Below are positions 34,231 to 35,244 of a stretch of DNA of 35,244 nucleotides, in pieces. Under the pieces are notes generated by a model. It had not been told where the DNA came from. It worked only from the letters and a program-made list of their open reading frames with translations, and made no database searches. The stretch comes from a virus, in IMG/VR virus record IMGVR_UViG_3300010413_000100, positions 1-35,244 of that record. One strand, given 5' to 3'. A program made the position numbers and the translations under genes. Each line of letters opens with the position of its first letter. Position 1 is the first letter of the stretch.

Positions 34231-34503
34231 ATGCCAAGAAAACTAAAACCTCATCTTTGTAGAGAATGCGGAGAGAGTAATCCAGAAAAGTTTTATAAGC
34301 GTTATAAAAGTTTATGTAAAATATGTTTTTTGGAAAGTAATAAAGAATATAATAAAGAATATAATAAAGAATATCAGAAAACTGATAAGTATAAGGAATA
34401 TCAGAAGAAATATCAGAAAACTGATAAGTATAAGGAATATAAGAAGGAATATATGAAAGAATATAGAAAGAATATTATCAACGTAGAAAAAAACAAAAAT
34501 TAG
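34231..34503 (+). CDS. Zn-finger protein with tandem KEY/KTDKY repeats
   Basis: CREC...FY....LCKIC followed by repeats; exact 31-nt copies at 34371-34401 and 34410-34440. Confidence 0.7.
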   Translation: MPRKLKPHLCRECGESNPEKFYKRYKSLCKICFLESNKEYNKEYNKEYQKTDKYKEYQKKYQKTDKYKEYKKEYMKEYRKNIINVEKNKN

Positions 34504-34608
34504 ATTAACCAAAATTAAAACTTTTTAGGCTAACACAAGTTAAAATTGTGCCTGTATCAAAATGGCACACACACTCAAAAGTCTTATCAATTGTGCCAAA
34601 ATTAACCA

Positions 34609-34636
34609 TTGACAAATTAAAAATCTGTTCTAATAT
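34609..34636 (+). promoter_or_regulatory. Sigma70-like promoter TTGACA-N16-TAATAT for the initiator gene
   Basis: TTGACA 34609-34614 and TAATAT 34631-34636; same hexamers and spacing as the 1335 promoter. Confidence 0.6.
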
Positions 34637-34682
34637 GAAATAAAGGGAAGATAAATTTTATTTTCCATTACATCTTTATTTT

Positions 34683-34727
34683 GTAGAATTAAAGACTAGT
34701 TCCTTTAATTCTACGCCCTTGAACTAG
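34683..34727 (+). promoter_or_regulatory. H-type pseudoknot / hairpin switch in the initiator 5' leader
   Basis: Perfect 12-bp stem 34683-94/34703-14; its loop CTAGTTC (34696-702) is complementary to GAACTAG (34721-27). Confidence 0.65.
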
Positions 34728-34737
34728 ATTTTGGGAT

Positions 34738-35244
34738 ATGACAAAAAAAAATAGCTTTATATTACATTTAGACAGCTTAGAAATTTTGGAAAAAATGACC
34801 GATGAACAAGCTGGAAAATTTATAAAATCAATTTATCAATTCAAAAAAAATGGTACGCTTTCTAATTTGGATTTTGGATTAGAAATGGCAATTGCTCCTT
34901 TCGTAAATCAGTTTAAAAGAGATGATGAAAAATATAAAAAGATTTGCGAACGCAATAAAATCAATGGTTCTCAAGGAGGAAGACCAAAAAACCCAAATAA
35001 CCCAGTGGGTTTTTTGGAAACCCAACAAAACCCAACAAAACCCAAAAAACCCGATAATGATAATGATAATGATAATGATAATGATAATGATAATGATATT
35101 AAAGAGGGGGGGGATATAATCTTAGAGTTAATGTCGATTTGGAATGAAATTTGCAAAACTCTTCCGAAAGCTACAATAAATTCTCCCCCCCGCAATGAAA
35201 TTTTGAAAAATTTAATAGGAAATAAAACATTGAAAGACAAAAAA
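34738..35244 (+). CDS. Replication initiator, DUF6291-type N-terminus (221 aa across the junction to 303; not in ORF track)
   Basis: MTKKNSFILHLDSLEILEKMTDEQAGKFIKSIY...RDDEKYKKICERNKINGSQGGRPK...(DN)7 matches the DUF6291/GGRP initiator architecture; no stop before the window end. Confidence 0.85.
   Translation, partial: MTKKNSFILHLDSLEILEKMTDEQAGKFIKSIYQFKKNGTLSNLDFGLEMAIAPFVNQFKRDDEKYKKICERNKINGSQGGRPKNPNNPVGFLETQQNPTKPKKPDNDNDNDNDNDNDNDIKEGGDIILELMSIWNEICKTLPKATINSPPRNEILKNLIGNKTLKDKK
34990..35052 (+). repeat. AACCC iteron-like repeats, candidate replication origin inside the initiator gene
   Basis: Six AACCC copies (34990, 34999, 35019, 35029, 35039, 35048), three of them spaced at 10-bp intervals, plus one inverted GGGTT. 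Confidence 0.6.
35053..35094 (+). repeat. (GATAAT)7 microsatellite encoding the DN linker
   Basis: Seven perfect hexamer copies followed by GATATT. Confidence 0.95.
35101..35244. repeat. Terminal direct repeat copy (identical to 1-144)
   Basis: Direct comparison of both ends. Confidence 0.97.

Noticed and set aside
34340-34460. CRISPR-like mini-array in the repeats here or at 29286-29322
   Set aside because: The repeats are tandem or in-frame coding repeats without unique 25-45-nt spacers.
1335-34636. Apparent preference for 16-bp promoter spacers (1335, 5410, 26586, 33086, 34609)
   Set aside because: Two other candidates have 17-bp spacers, and hexamer picking by eye in very AT-rich DNA is unreliable. 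Not claimed without TSS mapping.
906-35240. Antisense and nested ORFs in the track (e.g. 906-1103, 10543-10764, 17066-17488, 19823-20131, 21248-21823, 23289-23567, 24124-24429, 29797-30527 on +, 31491-31787, 34312-34512, 34922-35119, 34971-35240)
   Set aside because: They are shadows of well-supported genes on the other strand or frame, with low-complexity Phe/Ile/Leu/Ser composition and no SD.

Overview
The window is almost certainly one complete, circularly assembled genome of a very AT-rich tailed dsDNA phage. Bases 1-144 equal 35101-35244, so the unique length is 35,100 bp. It has a siphovirus-type non-contractile tail (608-aa tape measure, DUF1833-like, NlpC/P60 and gpJ-like tail tip genes), an SPP1-type portal and a BPP-1/epsilon15-like major capsid protein. 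An M15 peptidase endolysin plus overlapping i-/o-spanins points to a diderm host. There is a leftward recombination block (ERF, DEDD exonuclease, NinB-like, VRR-NUC) and a DUF6291-type replication initiator spanning the circular junction. I recognise no integrase, CI-like repressor, polymerase, reverse transcriptase, tRNA or CRISPR array, and the genetic code looks standard. The structural genes are in an unusual order: terminase, neck, tail, then portal and head, then fibres. The most striking signal is non-coding. Most sigma70-like promoter regions are followed by a structured leader. These include a ~310-nt multi-pseudoknot RNA candidate in front of the endolysin, two copies of a helix/AUUAC-bulge/helix motif in the early region, an H-type pseudoknot just before the initiator start codon, and a 17-bp-closed leader before a 39-aa membrane peptide. 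Together they suggest a possibly undescribed RNA-based control layer. All protein assignments come from motif recognition by eye and all RNA structures from manual base-pair inspection; none were checked against databases or folding programs.
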